DNA from: Ascidiella aspersa | Taxonomy: Eukaryota | DNA: 64,000 bases | NCBI GenBank assembly: GCA_963924565.1 | Contig: OZ004608.1 | Location: 18,104,001-18,168,000, forward strand | Reading direction: 5' to 3' | Part shown: piece after piece, positions 1 through 15,600 of the stretch | How positions within the stretch are numbered: position 1 is the stretch's first letter | How the letters are laid out: each line of letters opens with the position of its first letter | Program-made: the position numbers and the translations under genes | Notes under the pieces: generated by a model | The model's input: the letters and a program-made list of their open reading frames with translations, nothing else | What the model was told of the DNA's origin: nothing | The model's database searches: none

Positions 1-678
1 AACAAGATAATACTATGAAATTATCAAAGACGCGACTTACAAACAAGTCCTGCCGTCAAACGTGGTACCATTTCATACGTTACTGCTAAAGTAAGTTCGG
101 GTCTTAAAACTCTTTTTGCAATTGCAGGATGCGCAGAAGTGAGGTTGAATACTCCATGTTGTCGATAACAACGCGCCACAAATAACAAGTCGTCCGCAAA
201 ATGGTCGGTGTACAATTATACCGATTTGCGAATATAAAGAGCAAATAAAATAACGCATTGACTGCGAGAAAAGGTACCTTTAGCATAACTGATATAATCT
301 CAAGTTACTAAGTTGCGATTATTACCAATGTATTTTAGCCTCAGCCAAAGGAACAAGCAGTTCAGCGCATTGAAAACAAGTTACTCTTTATTTTACAGCC
401 TAAGCCGCCATATTATATCGGCGACGGTGATCAGTTAGGAAATAGCAGTGGACGCGTGTGGAGAACAAAGCGAACAAGGCCGACTGCTCTTCCATATAAA
501 ATCTCGCTAAAACATCAAGTGTAGAAAATAAACTCTCTGGACAAGAACAATTAAGAATTGAGCGAGTGTCGGTTCAAATGAAATGACGCTTGCTGGAAAT
601 GTGGCAGTGCAGTGCGCACACGCGATAAACCAATAACAAAAGTACACTAATAGTTGTTTTTATACAGCGGAGCTTATT

Positions 679-3600
679 TCAAAATCCGGTGAATTCCTCA
701 TCCGATTCGGAGCTGCTGTCCGCATAATGCACGGTTGACCGCTTTCGCATCTCCGGGGGAGCACCAGGCACCATGTTGGAGTGTTTGCTGCGCTGCTTAG
801 AGCTGCTATGCTTTTTGCTTTTGAGTGCGGTAGACTGGCGTATTGCCTTTACAAGTTTTTGACAAGAAACATGTTAAGCTAAACTAAAATCATGCTCGAT
901 CGAAAACATGGAATGCCTTTTATAATATTTAAAAAAAATTTTAAACAACAAATTCAGCTGTATGATGCGTAACAAACAACCGTTTTCGTTCTTGTTATAT
1001 GAAGTATTTGAGGCAGAACATCCCATTTCTAAGTGTCCGTGTATTCTTATAAAAACTCCAGAAAAAGGGGATTTGACTAAGTACTAACTCCAACCCCGGC
1101 CTTTTGTGCAGTGGTTTCCAACCCTAGCCTAATATCCTTGTGTAATATAAATAACAACGGTGGCCATTTTCGCAGCGTAGGTTTAGGAAAACTGGAAAGC
1201 AGGTCGTGACAACAAAAAATGTTTAGGAATAACTGGACTACTACACGAGGTAAGCGAAGCGAGCGAGAATTTGGTAAAGAAATTAAGTTAATTTTATAGT
1301 AATACACATATATTTAGATACCCCCAATATGAATATAAAAAACACCAAAAATAGTGCGGTATCCTTTACCACAAAAGTTCGGAGAACAGCTTGATTTAGT
1401 TAGGTTTAACAAGACAAAAGAGTACGAATAAACTACTTCGTTGAACTACATTTAGCATTGATTTAGTTAGGTTTAAAAAGACAAAAGAGTACGAATGAAC
1501 TAATTCGATGAACTTCATTTAGCAGTATAAATTGGTCATCGATTGTGAAAATCGCCTAGTAGTACGAGACCAACATACCGCGAGTGCCGGTCGAGGTTTG
1601 TTAACGTCGTCATCAGAATCACGGTCGCTATCCTCGTCATCCTGATCATGTTCTTTCAATGGAGCTTCAACTGTTGGAAAACAAATAAATAAAGCATTAA
1701 CCAAGTGAAATAAAAGCGATGGTAAGAAAAAAAAAAAAAGACATCAAAACGCGCCTTGACTAGAAACGAAACTCAATTACCAGTTAATACGGTTGATGAA
1801 CTTTGTTTTGACGGAGTTTTCTTGTTGTTTTCAGAATCCGAGTCGTCTTCATTAGGATCCAGTTTGTTCATCCATTCATTAAACTAGAAATATATGAAAT
1901 ATTTCTTGCACTCGACTATAAACCATACAAGCCGATTAAAAAATGGCGCTAAATCAGAATTACTGTCGAAAAGCACCTGTTCGTGTCTAAAACACAATGA
2001 AAAAAGTTGCCAGCCTTCATTGACACAAATACAATCAGAGTGTTTTAAACAAGTTTGCCCAGCCATTGTATTCTTTTGTTCAAGTTATAAACACAGGGGT
2101 GGCTTTCGCCGACAATTTTTTTATCAAATAACCTCAAAACATTGTATGGATGTCTAATTGTCTATTGTCTATCTTACCTCGTAGTATTGCTCGACGACTG
2201 ATCGTTTGTAGTCGGGGTGCTTACACGACATCCCCTGTCTGGTCCTTTCTAGGTGTTGCAAAGCACGGGTGGGTTCAAACTTGAGATCTGCCCGGCGGCG
2301 GTGGCACGGCCGGTCATTTGCTCTGTTTACCTCACTCGGCGAGTACTTGTGGATTTTGCTACAAAAATAAACGCAATTTAAGTTTTTCAGGAGATTCACA
2401 ACACTCAACGATTTGTAGCAGTTTGATTACAAATGGCAAGGGTAACTAGCTCGAGTTTACAATGTTATTTCAAACAAGAAGATTTTCATAATATATGTTG
2501 CTAGCTCGTTTAATGTTTGCAACGATGCTTGAACATAATCCAAATAGAAGGATGTTAACCTAAACAGAAAAGCGGCAATAATGCATTATACCTGCATATA
2601 ACTTTATCTAAAATTAAATATTTTTTAAACTCACTTGTCTGTAAATCCAAACATGGACTTGAGATGATGCTTGACCCAGAGTAGGAGTAGGCAAGCAAGT
2701 GAGAGGTGCGCAAATTCCTTAACTGGCTCGTCCGCATCAGGCAACCTCGTAATCATTCTCTCGATGCCCTCATCTCCATCTACGTCATCGTTTTCATCAT
2801 CTTCGTCTTCTTCATCTTCCTCAGACGAAGAAGAACTTGAAGAGTCGCTCTCGCTACTGGAAGAGGATGAAGAAGAAGATGCGTCCTCATCGGAGGATCG
2901 CTTTCTCGCACGCTTCTTTTCGATCTTTTCCATTTTCTTTCGTTCTTTGGCGTCCAACTTCTCTTTGCGCTTGAGAAGTCGCACTTCCTTCTTCGTCATT
3001 TTTGGTTTAAGTGACTAGAAACGCACACAGATAAACTACTAATGGGCCTATAGATGTAGCTTGTCTAGACGAGAGGTGACCAACCTATGGCGCATGTGCC
3101 TACAGTGGCGCATTGCACGATTACAAGTAGCGCACTGTTTAGCAAAGAAGTACCCCGGGGTTCGCGCAACTAGCCAGAGCACTTCTTACTGCGTATTAAT
3201 AATTTATTAATTAATCTCTTTAACAGCAAATAGTTTGTAATTGCTGATTTGAAAGTTAAGAACAGTCTTCGTACAGTGTTAATTAAAACTTTTCTCGTTT
3301 CAAATACGCTATTTTTATATCAAGGAATGAAAATGGGCTGCGAGGTAAGAGGTTTGAAAACCTTGGCTGTAAAGTTTCTAAACCCATGCTATAACATTGG
3401 AAACAAATAAGCCCATTTACAATTAGGGTTAACATAAATATATTAAACCACAAATCTTAGAATTCAAAGGAAGTCAGTTTGTCGTGCACTTACCTCTTTG
3501 AAGCATTGCAGGACGTTAGTCCCGGAAACCGACACGTAAACTTCAATTTGACTCATGAGGAAGAGAGGTTCGTCCAATGTTGCGTACGGAAAGTGAGCAA

Positions 3601-6600
3601 GGTTGTCAGCAATGAACAGCAACATGCTAAGCTCAGTTTTCTGGCCAGAAATAAATTTTACGCGATTTTATAATCTTGTCAAGCCACAGTCGGATTCCAG
3701 TTAGAATTTAAATTACAATATCGATAGTTCAGTATTAATCACGTTAGGTAAAATTTTGGAAATATTAACGTAAACGAACGGTAAAGAAGTGAAAATAAAG
3801 CAATTTCTTACCACTGTATCGTCAAACAGTTTCAACAGCGACAGAATTAAAGCCCTTCGATGCTTGCGGTCGGAGCGAACCATTTGGTACAAGTGGGAGC
3901 AGCTGGCCTGGAAACAAAAAAAACTGAATGTGGTGAAAGCTGCAATGCTTACAATAAATACATTTTATAAACTATAGAAGTTTGCATACGTATTGTATCG
4001 TGACCTTTGACAATATTACAACTAGTCTAAAATATAATATCAATTCAAAATGAAACGATAAAAAACTATTCGCCTTACTGACACATGATAAACTATTATA
4101 AACTTGGTGTTTACCTTATGAAGACCAACGCTTTCGTCTAGTCCCGGAACTGTGGTTTCCATGTAGCCCCGTGTTAGCTTGTTAGTTGGTCTTACATAGC
4201 GCTGAAGGCGATGGGCTAACTTCATACCTTGTAAAGCTTGAGTGTGGATGAAGCCGGAGTAACGTTTGCTAAGTTCGCTCAACTGCAAAACGAAAATAAA
4301 TAGTTTTTATCACCAGTTCTTAGCCCATTTTTTCTATCACCAGCCCCTTTTGTAACTGCTGTATGCTTGGGCCCTTCGGGTACTAAATAAGTTTGATACC
4401 AAAACAAATTTTGTTTTTGTTAATTACACTCCAATCAGACAATTGAACATTTTTGCTTTTTTGCTTTTTAGGAATTTGATTTTTTGAGCGAGAATTAATT
4501 TCTTGGAGCGTTAAACAAGGGCGGATCTAGGATAACTGTTTGGGGGGACTATAAAAAATTCAAGATGATATCATGCGGTAATTGGCAACCTAAGGCGAGT
4601 CTTTATCGCGCGAACGCGAAAAAGTGTGCTTTATTTTAATTAAATTGTCAAAACCTAATTTGTAGGCATAACGCAAAATACATGCCATTTAGTGCAAGGA
4701 GATTTTGAGGTAAAGATAAGTCCACAAAAAGAATAAAACAGAAGTAGAAAATGACAAAAGAGTGACGTTTATTATTCAATAGAGTGTCGTTTATTATTCA
4801 ATAGAGTGTCGTTTATTTATTGTATTCGCAACTTGAGTCTCGCCGTTTCCCGTTGTGTTGCATGTAGTAAGGTCATTCGATTAGGCTATGCTAGAAAAAC
4901 AACCAAAATTTGCGGTGAGAAACTTACGACCTCGGCCATACCTGAACCATCGCTCTAACAACTAAACCACTATAACACGCAACACTAACAACGAAGATAC
5001 CGAGACAGACAAAAGCATCTAACTGATTCGAACAAAACCTTATTATATTGTTTACCAAAACGGAACACTTGAAACCCACGAGGAAAATATTTACTACGGG
5101 TAGATTAACAACGTACCTGCTGGTCAGCCTCCTTATGTACAGCGGGAGTTGGATCGGATGCTGCCGCGATAAGATATGGAACGCACTGGACAGGGTGGAC
5201 CAGACCCTGTTGCAAGGTGAGGAACACTGTGTGCAAAGCAGCGTGACGAACCATGGCATGACGGTGAAAGAACGACTCCAGTACCTAAGATTGTATAAAG
5301 GGTGCTGTTGTTAATTTATTGGTTATAAGCACAGGAAATTACACAAAAATTTGCAAATATCTGTGACAGGGTGGAATTACGAGCAAAATGTGCTTACAAT
5401 TTTAGTTAGTGCTACATAGTACTACGGTTTTTATTTTTATTGTGGGCCCGGCGCAACTATTTGAATATACCAAAAAATAACCCTAGAATAAGTAAAAGGT
5501 TTAGGCCAGTGGTTTGCATCCTTAGTACCCTTCTCGTGTGTTTCTCGTGTAATTTATGCCGCTTTCTTCTTACATTTTAGAAGAAAATGTTTCGTCAAAT
5601 TTGAGTTTCACTGGAGAATATTCACATGTTATATGCTTGCGCCCCCCTTCGAAGACTCCCGAATGGGAAAGGAAACCGGTTGAGAAACCTTGGTTTAAAC
5701 GGACAAACTTTTATTCTTAACTCGGTAGTTGAAATAATGCCTTGGCTCACCTTCCTTAAATTAAGCCATTTTTTATATAACCTTTTTAAAATGTTTTACT
5801 TGTTTGAGAAAAAGCTGCATGACCGATGACGCCATTCCACTGGATACGTCACAAATCTCCTTGATGTCATCCTCGGTGGTGGTTGTGTCGTCAGCCGACA
5901 TCGAGCGGTTTGCTTCATGATCCTCTCCCTCCTATAAATATTAATCTCAAGTCAACACTGATATGAAGCAAATATGCCAAAAGAGAAATAGCAAAGGTAT
6001 AATCAATGCTAATTTAGATGTTGAACTTAATAAAAGTGGAATCAAATTTTATTGAATCTAAAGCAGAAAACTGACTTACTATAGAAAATCTTAGTTTACC
6101 TGTTTTGCTTTCCTGGCGCTCGCTTCGGCAGCCTCTTGCATTTTTACATCTTCGGTTTGAAGATAGTTCTGAAGGTTTTGCAAAATCTGAAACAAAGTCA
6201 GTATATTAGTCTAACTACCAAGAATCGACGCAAAAATCTTGTGGTATTTTGGGCCATACCAACTTGTGGTATTTGGGCCATACCTAACTTGTGGTATTTG
6301 GGCCATACCTAACTTGTGGTATTTGGGCCATACCTAACTTGTGGTATTGTGGACCTTCCCTAACTTGTGGTATTGTGGACCTTCCCTAACTTGTGGTATT
6401 TTGAGCCATACCTAACTTGTTGATGTTGGGTCATACCTGCTTTTTGAGGCGATTCGACGCTTGGCCCGGGTCGAGGAGCGAGTTGTAAAGATCGCGGGTG
6501 CTTTGTCTGAACATCATGTTTGGGTCTTGTACCATAAGCAGGCCCAAGGCAGCTACTGAAAAGCCCCTTAGTTCCTCTGTGTGCGGGGTTGTGCGAAGGT

Positions 6601-9600
6601 CGGCAAAGTAGAACAGGCACTCGTACACTTTGTCCTTGACGCACAGCTGAATAAAAAACTGAAATAAGGCGACACACCTCCATATACACATATTATTTTA
6701 AGAAATATTTCGTTTAAACCACGGCATGCAACAAAAATAAATCTTGTCGAGTTCGCCGTAATGCACATAGCAGATTGCGCATCCGTTACTTGTTTATTAA
6801 TTAATACGCACCTGAAGCTTTCCTTTCAAGTTTTCTTGGTCAAAGTCGAAGTTTTTGCAGAAGTGTCCAACCACGAATAAAGTCCTGAGAAGTTGCTTCA
6901 TGTACAACGGCTTATAAACCAATTCAGGCTTTTGCTGGTGCATTTGACGGGCATTGGAGAGCTGGTCTGTACAACAAAAACAAGTTACGTGACAAAAACA
7001 TGTTTCGGTTGAATGTAAATTTTGTCAAAGAAATGCAAAAATCACGATTTACAGAGACCACCTTTCTCGTCCACTTACTACACATCCTCTGAAAGCAGTC
7101 CCATATGAGGCGGTAGTTGAAGGTGACTTTGCACGTGATGGCGCCCAGACACGCAACCGCCGCAATGACCACGTGGAAGCGGTGGGTCAAGGTCAGACGA
7201 GTCATGTCCTCTTCGATAGAGGCGAGGAAGAGATCGGAGGGATGCTCCATAAGAGGAACAGCGAGTTCAAGAATACGGCAGACTCCGTGGATGATGAGCG
7301 CCTCATCCGGGGTCTGACAAAAGTAGTTCAGTTTATTTTATATCCATGCATTACACTGCTTAACACGGGTGGGAATAAGGTGTGCGAAGATTAATAGCAA
7401 ACGGCAAAACAGAAATACCTGGCGATTCCAAAACAAATTACCAACTGAAATCCATGTGCTTTGTAAACGAGGTGTTTCATTTAAAATTTGTAAAATAAAT
7501 CGGAATACAAAGAATAAATAATAAATTTACAAAAAGCTCTCTAAATACTAAAGTTTGTGAATGCCGGAATAAAATCCATGTAATCACGGGGAAAAATTAA
7601 AAATCTGTAATAGACTTAGCCTGATAAAAAAGCGTCGACCTTTTATAGATAATAATAGGAAAAAAGTAATATAAATGTACAAAACACAAAAAAAGCATTA
7701 ATTAGTGGCCAAAAAAGCACAAAACGCATCGTACGTCACACTTAGCCGCAAGGTACGGTTGGAGGGTTGTGAGGTGTGGCACCAGGAGACCAGGACGGAT
7801 ACGGGCCAGCTGGACCAGTGTTTGGATGGTCGCCACCAAACGGATTCCACGTTCCCTTGTACGTGTCAGCCTGTGATGCGAATATAATCGAATTTAGACT
7901 TTAAAAAATGGTAAATTATAACTGGTATTAATGTGGCTCACAGAGTAACACAACTAACGAATTTGGTTGGATACAAAGCTTATCCTAAAGCCAGTTTCTG
8001 TTCAAATATAATCGTGACATCATACCTTTCAGTTTCACTTGCTTTTTCACTCTCTTTTTCGCAGTTTTGTTCTTCCGGAACCTTTTCGCTGTTGGTTTCT
8101 TCTTTTAGCGCGTTTTTCTCGTTTTCTTCTGCAATAAAAAAATGAGGGGGTGGTGTTTAACATCAATAATTAAGAAAACTGATTATTAAAGTTTTAACAT
8201 CGATAGTGTGTGGAGCAAAGCCTATTATATCATAGACGTTTAATTTATCCGGTTTGTTAAGTTTCAAAATATTTGTCGTAAATGTGTAAAGTTAAGAGTG
8301 TTTTAGAGTTGCCGTTTGCACCGTGCACGAAACAGGATGTTTCACGATAAATCATCAACAGATGATCTTTTCACCTTTCAATAAATTATTTTCTAATGTT
8401 CAGTTTGCCTCCATTTATCCATTTGCTTATTACCCGCTTGCTTGTCGAAGATGATTACGTGCTGTACCAGGCAATCGACTATCTGCTTGCAAGACCGTTC
8501 AACGTTCGGGTTGGGCACTGTGGTGTCAATCAGCTAAAAATACAAAAACAAGGTAAGTTCGCTGGTTTTCTTTTGCTGGTTTCAGCTGCTGACACGATTG
8601 CTTGCCGGCTTGGCAGCATTTTTGCGCCTATGACACACTTCCACGGACAAGTTCGCCGCATATGTCTTTACTGTATTAAACAATCGCTAAACTTTTCTCA
8701 AACGGGTAGTTAAATGCTATTTTTCCCGAAATAAAAAAACCTCGTGATTAAATAACATAAAGAGAGTTTGGTTTTACAATATATTAGAAATGTTTAAAAT
8801 ATCTTGGATTTTGTATTTCGACTTCAACAATTAATGAAAAAGGTCATAAAACACTAATAAAAAGGTGGTTTAAGTGTTTTTACGTTTTTGAAGAGCTGCT
8901 CAATCCACTCGTATCCTCTCTCGCGATTCGCCGCCACAATATCGGTGATTAGCAGCGCCCTTTTGCGCAGCGATTCAGTGTCCTGTGAGTCGAGAGGCGT
9001 GAACCACATCTTCATAAACACTTCATGAACCAGTTTCTGGAGATTAATATAATTGATATTGGAAAACAGTTTGACTGTAACAAGTTAAACTGTTGCGTAA
9101 TTCAGAACACAATTTCCTTTCAAATGGGTCGAACCAACACTTATATGGTATTTTGCTGCAAACTTTTTGTTTAAAGCGCTAATCAACTTACACGAGTAAG
9201 CCCTTTATCCATTTCTGTTGAGAGTTATATAGAGATCAGAAAACAAGCGGGTCTGAAGTTACACACGACATTAATGACAGTTACATGATCGTGTGTCAAT
9301 CGCTACTCACCTAAGCTGTCCAACACGCCCAATTATATTGACGCACCTCGGCGCAAAATAAAAAAAACACTGGACTTTGGTCCTTACCTTGATTCCCTCC
9401 TCGTCATTCACTCTTCTGATCATCTTCACGCAGGCGTCAGTCAGCTGAGGAAGCTGCGGATGCTCGTGGCAGAGATCGCGAAGGATGCGGATCACTCTCT
9501 TACGCACACTCACACCAGTGTCCTGGAGAAACATTATACAAAACATCGTGTGATGTACTGCTAAGAAAAGTATTGCCACACAAGAGAATTGATAAAGTTT

Positions 9601-12600
9601 AAACACAAACACCTATGAAATATATTCTCATGCTGTATTAACGAAAACGTTTCGAGCAAATTACAAAGGGGGTTGGATCCGGTTGGCACTTTGTTTCGTC
9701 ATGATCTGGGTTACACGGTTGTAAGTTAATAGAGTTTCTTACCATAATACGCGCGGTGAGCATGTGGTAATAGTGCTTCACGAGTTGCGGTTTAAGAAGA
9801 ATGAACTTTCCAACCAAATCGATGGCGGCCTCGCGAACACTGGTGGAAGCGTCGACCAGGCTCGCTTGTACTCCCTGTGCAATGTCCTCCTGCAAAAACA
9901 AAAGCTATAGTGAAAAACTTGGTTCTCTGCGTTCGTTAAAAATGTTAAGTCAACGTTTGTGCATGTTTATTGTTTAACCTAAATTTAACAATTTGAACTT
10001 TTAACGTTTTGAGAAATCTAACACAAACTAGAAATCAATTGACTTATGTATTTGTTAGTTTTTCTTTGTACATCTAGTCTTCGCAGTCTTAGTAAAGGTA
10101 ATCTAATGCAAATCGATATGCAAATAACAAAACGATAAAACTTTGCGCAATTGTTAGATTATATAGATAGGTGTTTCTTAATTTTTTTTACCTCGGGGTA
10201 CAAATGCGTTTTTATAAATTTTTTTATTTATCTAAGCCGCCCCTGGAAAACCGGTGCGATGCAAAAGACAACGGTAAGAAAATGAAGCAAAATATTTGAA
10301 CAAAATATGCTAATTGTGTAGCTTGTGGCGGTGTGGCAAACGACAAAAATCGGATCTTTAGAACCAGGTCAGTAGGTGTATCATTTTTTTTTATACGTGT
10401 AGACTCACCCTTTCCATGATGGACGGATCTACGGCAACCACCTCGGCGAGACACTTGATGGCGCGTGTACGCAGAGCCACCGCCGTTTCTTCTCTGACGC
10501 GAAGAATGTAGGAGAGGTAAAGGTCGAAGGCCTTGGAGAAGGGTCGAGTAGAGGCGAGGTGCCGCGTTACTAGCGACGCGTCTTCAACCGTCAAACCTCC
10601 AGCGAGTTTTTCAGCTCTGAAATAGACATATCAGTGACGACTGTTAATGCGGGTCGTTTCTGTGACATGTAAAATGGACTTGACCGCTTTAGTGAGACAG
10701 TTTACTGAACAACGATAACGCAATAGTTCGAAGAGAAGTGGTAATTTTCAATTAAAGGTATATTGCCGATCTAAAACGAAACTGAAAAATTTGTAGCAAG
10801 AGTAAATTTACTGAGGTATTTAAATTAGATAACGCTTTGCACAATATAGAAAAAAAAAAGTAAGTTATAAATCTTGAATCAAATGATTCGATCATAGTGA
10901 TTTAAATTTACACGTAATTGTTTTATTTATGCTGTGATTAGCACTTTAATATTCAGTACAGCACAATATTAGAGATGTTTGTTCGCGAATTTGCTGCAGC
11001 AGGGATACATAAAGTCGAAAAGGAAAATGAAATGTGTTTCTTTACTTTAACTGCAGTTCGCTGATTGGTGGCAGCTTCTTGCTTCCATCCGCTTCAGGGT
11101 TCTGATCACGCTTGAGTGCGGCCACCGACACAGCTGCCGAGGTCGCAATTTCCATGAGCGAGTCTTTCCTGCGCTGGCACGCCTGCAGCTTGTCGCTTTG
11201 CGCGTCCATCTGGTCGATTGCGTCATCGCCGGTGACGTCATCGGCCTTTTGCAACTGCTGGAACTCGAGCGAGACATCGCGCAGCCACTGGCCGATGTAA
11301 AAGTTGTGCGCGAACTGCGGATATGTTAGAAGGTTGCAATTTAGTTTACTGGCTACAATCTATTTGCTCCACGGGTATTGTCTTTTCTGCAATGCACAAA
11401 AGCGATACAGACTAGAGATATCCAAAACCTATTTATTCCAATAACGATACACGATATTTAGGTAAAACATACAGTCGGCCTATTTTATACCTAAACGATG
11501 TAGTTACTATGGTCAAACAAACAAACTCGAAAAGTGCAAAGACCGTATCTCAGGTTATTAGGGCATAAAATAAATGAAAATATATGATGACGCTAAGTTT
11601 TCTTCGCTTGTTCAATTTAATGTAGAAATGGCTGCGTTAAACACCTAACAATGATTGACTTGTACAAATTAATTTTGCAAAGCATACGTACCAATAGCAT
11701 CCTAGTATCGGTAAGTACTGACGATAGCCTACCACTATGGCTCGGTTTTCGCCTTCGATTCGATAATTTATTACAACCCCAACATAGACCATAAGTATCG
11801 TGTTAAGCAAAATGTGTTTCTGAAACGTACCAGAAGCGCAGGGTCTGCTCTCGAATTTCGACGAAGGTATCCAAGGATAAGATATTGAAGTCGGGTGTTT
11901 AGTCTCTCTTCTTCGGTCTCAAGGCTTTTAGTAGATTTCTTAAACAAAAGTCGGGTTTAAAGCAATATTCACAAAATGTCAACACTTTTTTGCTGACAAA
12001 AAAAACATTGTAAAACAAAATCCATGTTTTACATGTTCTTACACTGTACTTTTTACCTAGGAAAATTAGTCGCAAGTTATTGAACTTTAGAAACGACTGA
12101 GAGTAAAGATAACAAAAATAACGGCCTAGGACATGCGGGGATGCCGTGCCGATTTAGCTACAAATTGGTGAAAATGCATGTGAACAACACAATACGTCAT
12201 TCCTTGTTGTATCCTGATCAAACCACGACAAAGTATTTTACTATAGTTTCGAGCTGATCAACTTGAGCCCTACAGAGTTTGACTTTACATTAGCAACTGT
12301 GTGCGTTATCCTGCTTATAACTTGCTATAATAATTGTGCTATAAGCTGAAGTGTTCGTCGACTAACATTTTTTACTTTAGGCCAACTGATTTGAGATATA
12401 AGTAATTTTTTTTACTTTATTGAAAAGCGCCTATATTATTTAGTTTGCCTATACAACGCTACCTGCTGATTCCAGATTAACATACGGCTCGCATAAACTT
12501 TGTTTAATGTAATTTCAAATGAACAGAAACCTTTGCTTTCGATAATTTGATAGTTTTCTGCTTCTTCCGACTTCTTCTGGTGGCCTTTTTCATGCAAAGT

Positions 12601-15600
12601 AAACAAACTGATTGATAATAATGATCTATTGCAGAGACTTGCTTAATCCTGTCCCTTGAAAGAATTTTAACGTAATTAATGGTTTATTGTCACGTTAATT
12701 TATTCACGTATCACTGACAAAACATAAACTGCCTGCATATGACTTTTTAGAATAAAATAATTATTTCAATGCCTGAACATTTCATCGAAGTTACAAAGCT
12801 TTCTGCTACACTCAAGAAATTTCTGATGAGCAATATCTGACATTTCTTCGCAAAACAATTACAGTAAATCACTTTGGTTAAACATCTATTCTTGCACGGT
12901 TCAAACAATGAAACCTTTTTCGTTTCCTCCTGGGCTTTTTCATTCTCCTGCTCGACTCCTTCCATTGGTTCCTCTTCGGCAGCTTCCTCAAGACGCTGTA
13001 GTAGGTTTCGGATGGTGGCTACATCGGAGTGACTTGAAACGCTGTCCCTCCGTAGTTTAGCGGCCACCACTCCAAGATAATCCAGAGCGGCAACTCGAAG
13101 CGACATCTCCGTTGACTTGGTGCTAAAGGTATGAACCTGTCAAAAATAGACAAAGAATAACTTTTAAAATCAGGTTTCCATTTAGGCAAACTGCGTTATT
13201 TTAAATTACATAAATATGTTCAGATTCCCGTCTTAAAAAAACATTAGATTGTCGAATAAAACTTTTGTTAAAAGTAAAGGTCAAAAACTACGGTAACATT
13301 ACATGTAAAGGTGTGGTGTCGGACACGCCTAACATTTGTTAGAAACGCCCTTTTTCTTGTTTTGCCCTGTCTCTCTGTGTTTCCTTAACGTGTCTTGTTT
13401 CAGCGTGTCACAGCTCATTATTAACTGGACATGCTGAATAAAAACAACTTCGCTACAAAGTAGTTATTTAAATTCAGGTTGAATAATTGCGCTTACCAGC
13501 AGACGTCCGAGAAGACTTAGCAGCATCTCAGAAGCTGGCCACTCCGGTTTATTCACAGTGGCTAGTAAGTCATGAACCAAGTTCTCGAACAAAGGGCGGT
13601 AGTCGACCTCTTCAGACTTTCCGGCACACCTTTGACACAAAAATCGTTATGCAACAGAGTTCCTCTAATTTTTGGCATTCGTTGAAGTCTGGGGTGCTTC
13701 AACTACAACACGGTTGACAATAATCTGCTTAAAAACTTGTTAAATAGGCACGGTTCGGGTTGTGCGATATACGCCATTATAATATTCAAATTTGCCACTA
13801 GCTAAAATACACTTTTATAGTGTTTAACAAAATAGATGCTTTAATCTGTACAAAATTTATAAATCTTACTTTTTTAAAAAAACTGAGAGGAAGTTTTGAC
13901 CAGTTCGTGATGACATGTCGTAGCTGGTGATTATCTTTAAATCGTCAACCTGAAAATAAATTAACAAAAAATTACCTTAAGAAATAGGAAATGATTATGC
14001 TTAATAAAGCTTTAAATTAAAAAAAAAACGCTTACTCACGACCATGTAAGATGACTAAATTTTATTACTTACGAAATTATTATTAATATGTTGCGGAGTT
14101 ACCTGGAGCTGTTTTTCTGCGTTGTTAGCGGATTCGTTTTCATCGGGAAGCTCAACATGCGGAAGTTGGCAGATGGCGTGCATCATTTGCAGCACAAGAG
14201 CGGACACCATCTGGATGTACTGCAGCTCCGAGCCGACTCCTCCTCCGCTGCTCTTTCTTCCCGCCGACGTCTCCTCTTCATCCGAAGATGCGACATCTTC
14301 CTCGGCGTAAGTCAGCCTTGGAAGGAACAATATCGAAATGAACTAAATAGGAGTAGATAGCTGTAAAGGACTAAAACGATGACGCCACACTATTGTTTTT
14401 TGTGCCCCAATTAGGGGTAACTAGGGGTGCGGACTCCTAAACCTTTTATACGCAACGCACCTACATACCATTCTAGGCCATGTCTGAAAATTTAAAAGTT
14501 CTACGATCTCTACTTTTTCTATAAAGCTTCGGGGACAAAAATCGGTCTGAAACATACCATAGCAAACCATAGTAGATAGCTGTAAAAACTAAAACAATAA
14601 CGTCACACTTTTGTTTTTTGCCCCCCAATAAAAGGCCCCTAGGGATGCAGAGTCATAAACCTCTACAGCGCACCTACATACCACTCTACGCCATGTCTGA
14701 AAATGTGAAAGTTCTACGATAACTTTTTCTATAATGCTTCGGACAAAAATCGGTCTGAAACATACCAAGCAAACCATAACAACCAAAAAAGAATAAGAGC
14801 AAAAACAAGATATGTCCCGAAAATAAATTTTCGGCCCATATAATAACCAAAAAAGAATAACGGCAAAAACAAGATATGTCTCGAAAATAAATTTTCGGCC
14901 TATATAATTGGGCGTATGGCAGGTTAAGGAAACTGCTGTAGGATTGTTTATTTTTGCTGTATTTAGTAGGTTTTCATGCAAGTCTACGTTTGTTAAGCGA
15001 TATTTTAGAAATTTAATTTTTAGTCATTTTAACGCAGTTTTACCCATCGGGGACTACGAACTGCGTTTTACCGCAATTTTTTAACGCTAGCAATCTTTTG
15101 CACCTATAAAAGTAAATCTTTTGCACCTATAAAAGTATGTTTTTTGACAATACCTCGTTTAGAACAGGACGAGTAACTCGCTGCTCGTTAGCTGACCCAG
15201 GTGACCTCACAGTAAAATTTCACAAAAACAGAATGAAAATACGAAAACAGCTATAAAAAGACGGCTATTTCTTAAACAAGGTTTCACCTGTAGCTCCTTA
15301 AGTTCCGTTTGCTGGTTGGCAACCTGGCAAGCGACTGAAAGATGTCTTCTAGTATTAATGAGCGGTGCTTATCGTAGCGGGAGAAAATGGCGGTGGTAAG
15401 GCGGATCGCACTCAGCTGCAGTTCGCGCACGTTTTCCACAAAAAACGGGGAAACACCAATAGACGAAATCTAAGCAGACAAGGTTTATAATTAGACTTGA
15501 ATAAGAATGCTTAATGCCTAGACCAGGGTTTCTCAACCGTGGCTCTCGGTCACCCCACTTTAGGGGCACGGGCATAACTCTCTAGCTAGGTATTAATATA

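Noticed and set aside
2671-3018. Plus-strand Ser/Glu-rich ORF, and similar antisense ORFs at 5048, 7117, 11112, 14088, 33003, 35944 and 37533
   Set aside because: Antisense shadows of real NIPBL or PLK exons.
6238-6438. CRISPR-like array
   Set aside because: Head-to-tail units without unique spacers, in a eukaryotic intron, with no cas genes.
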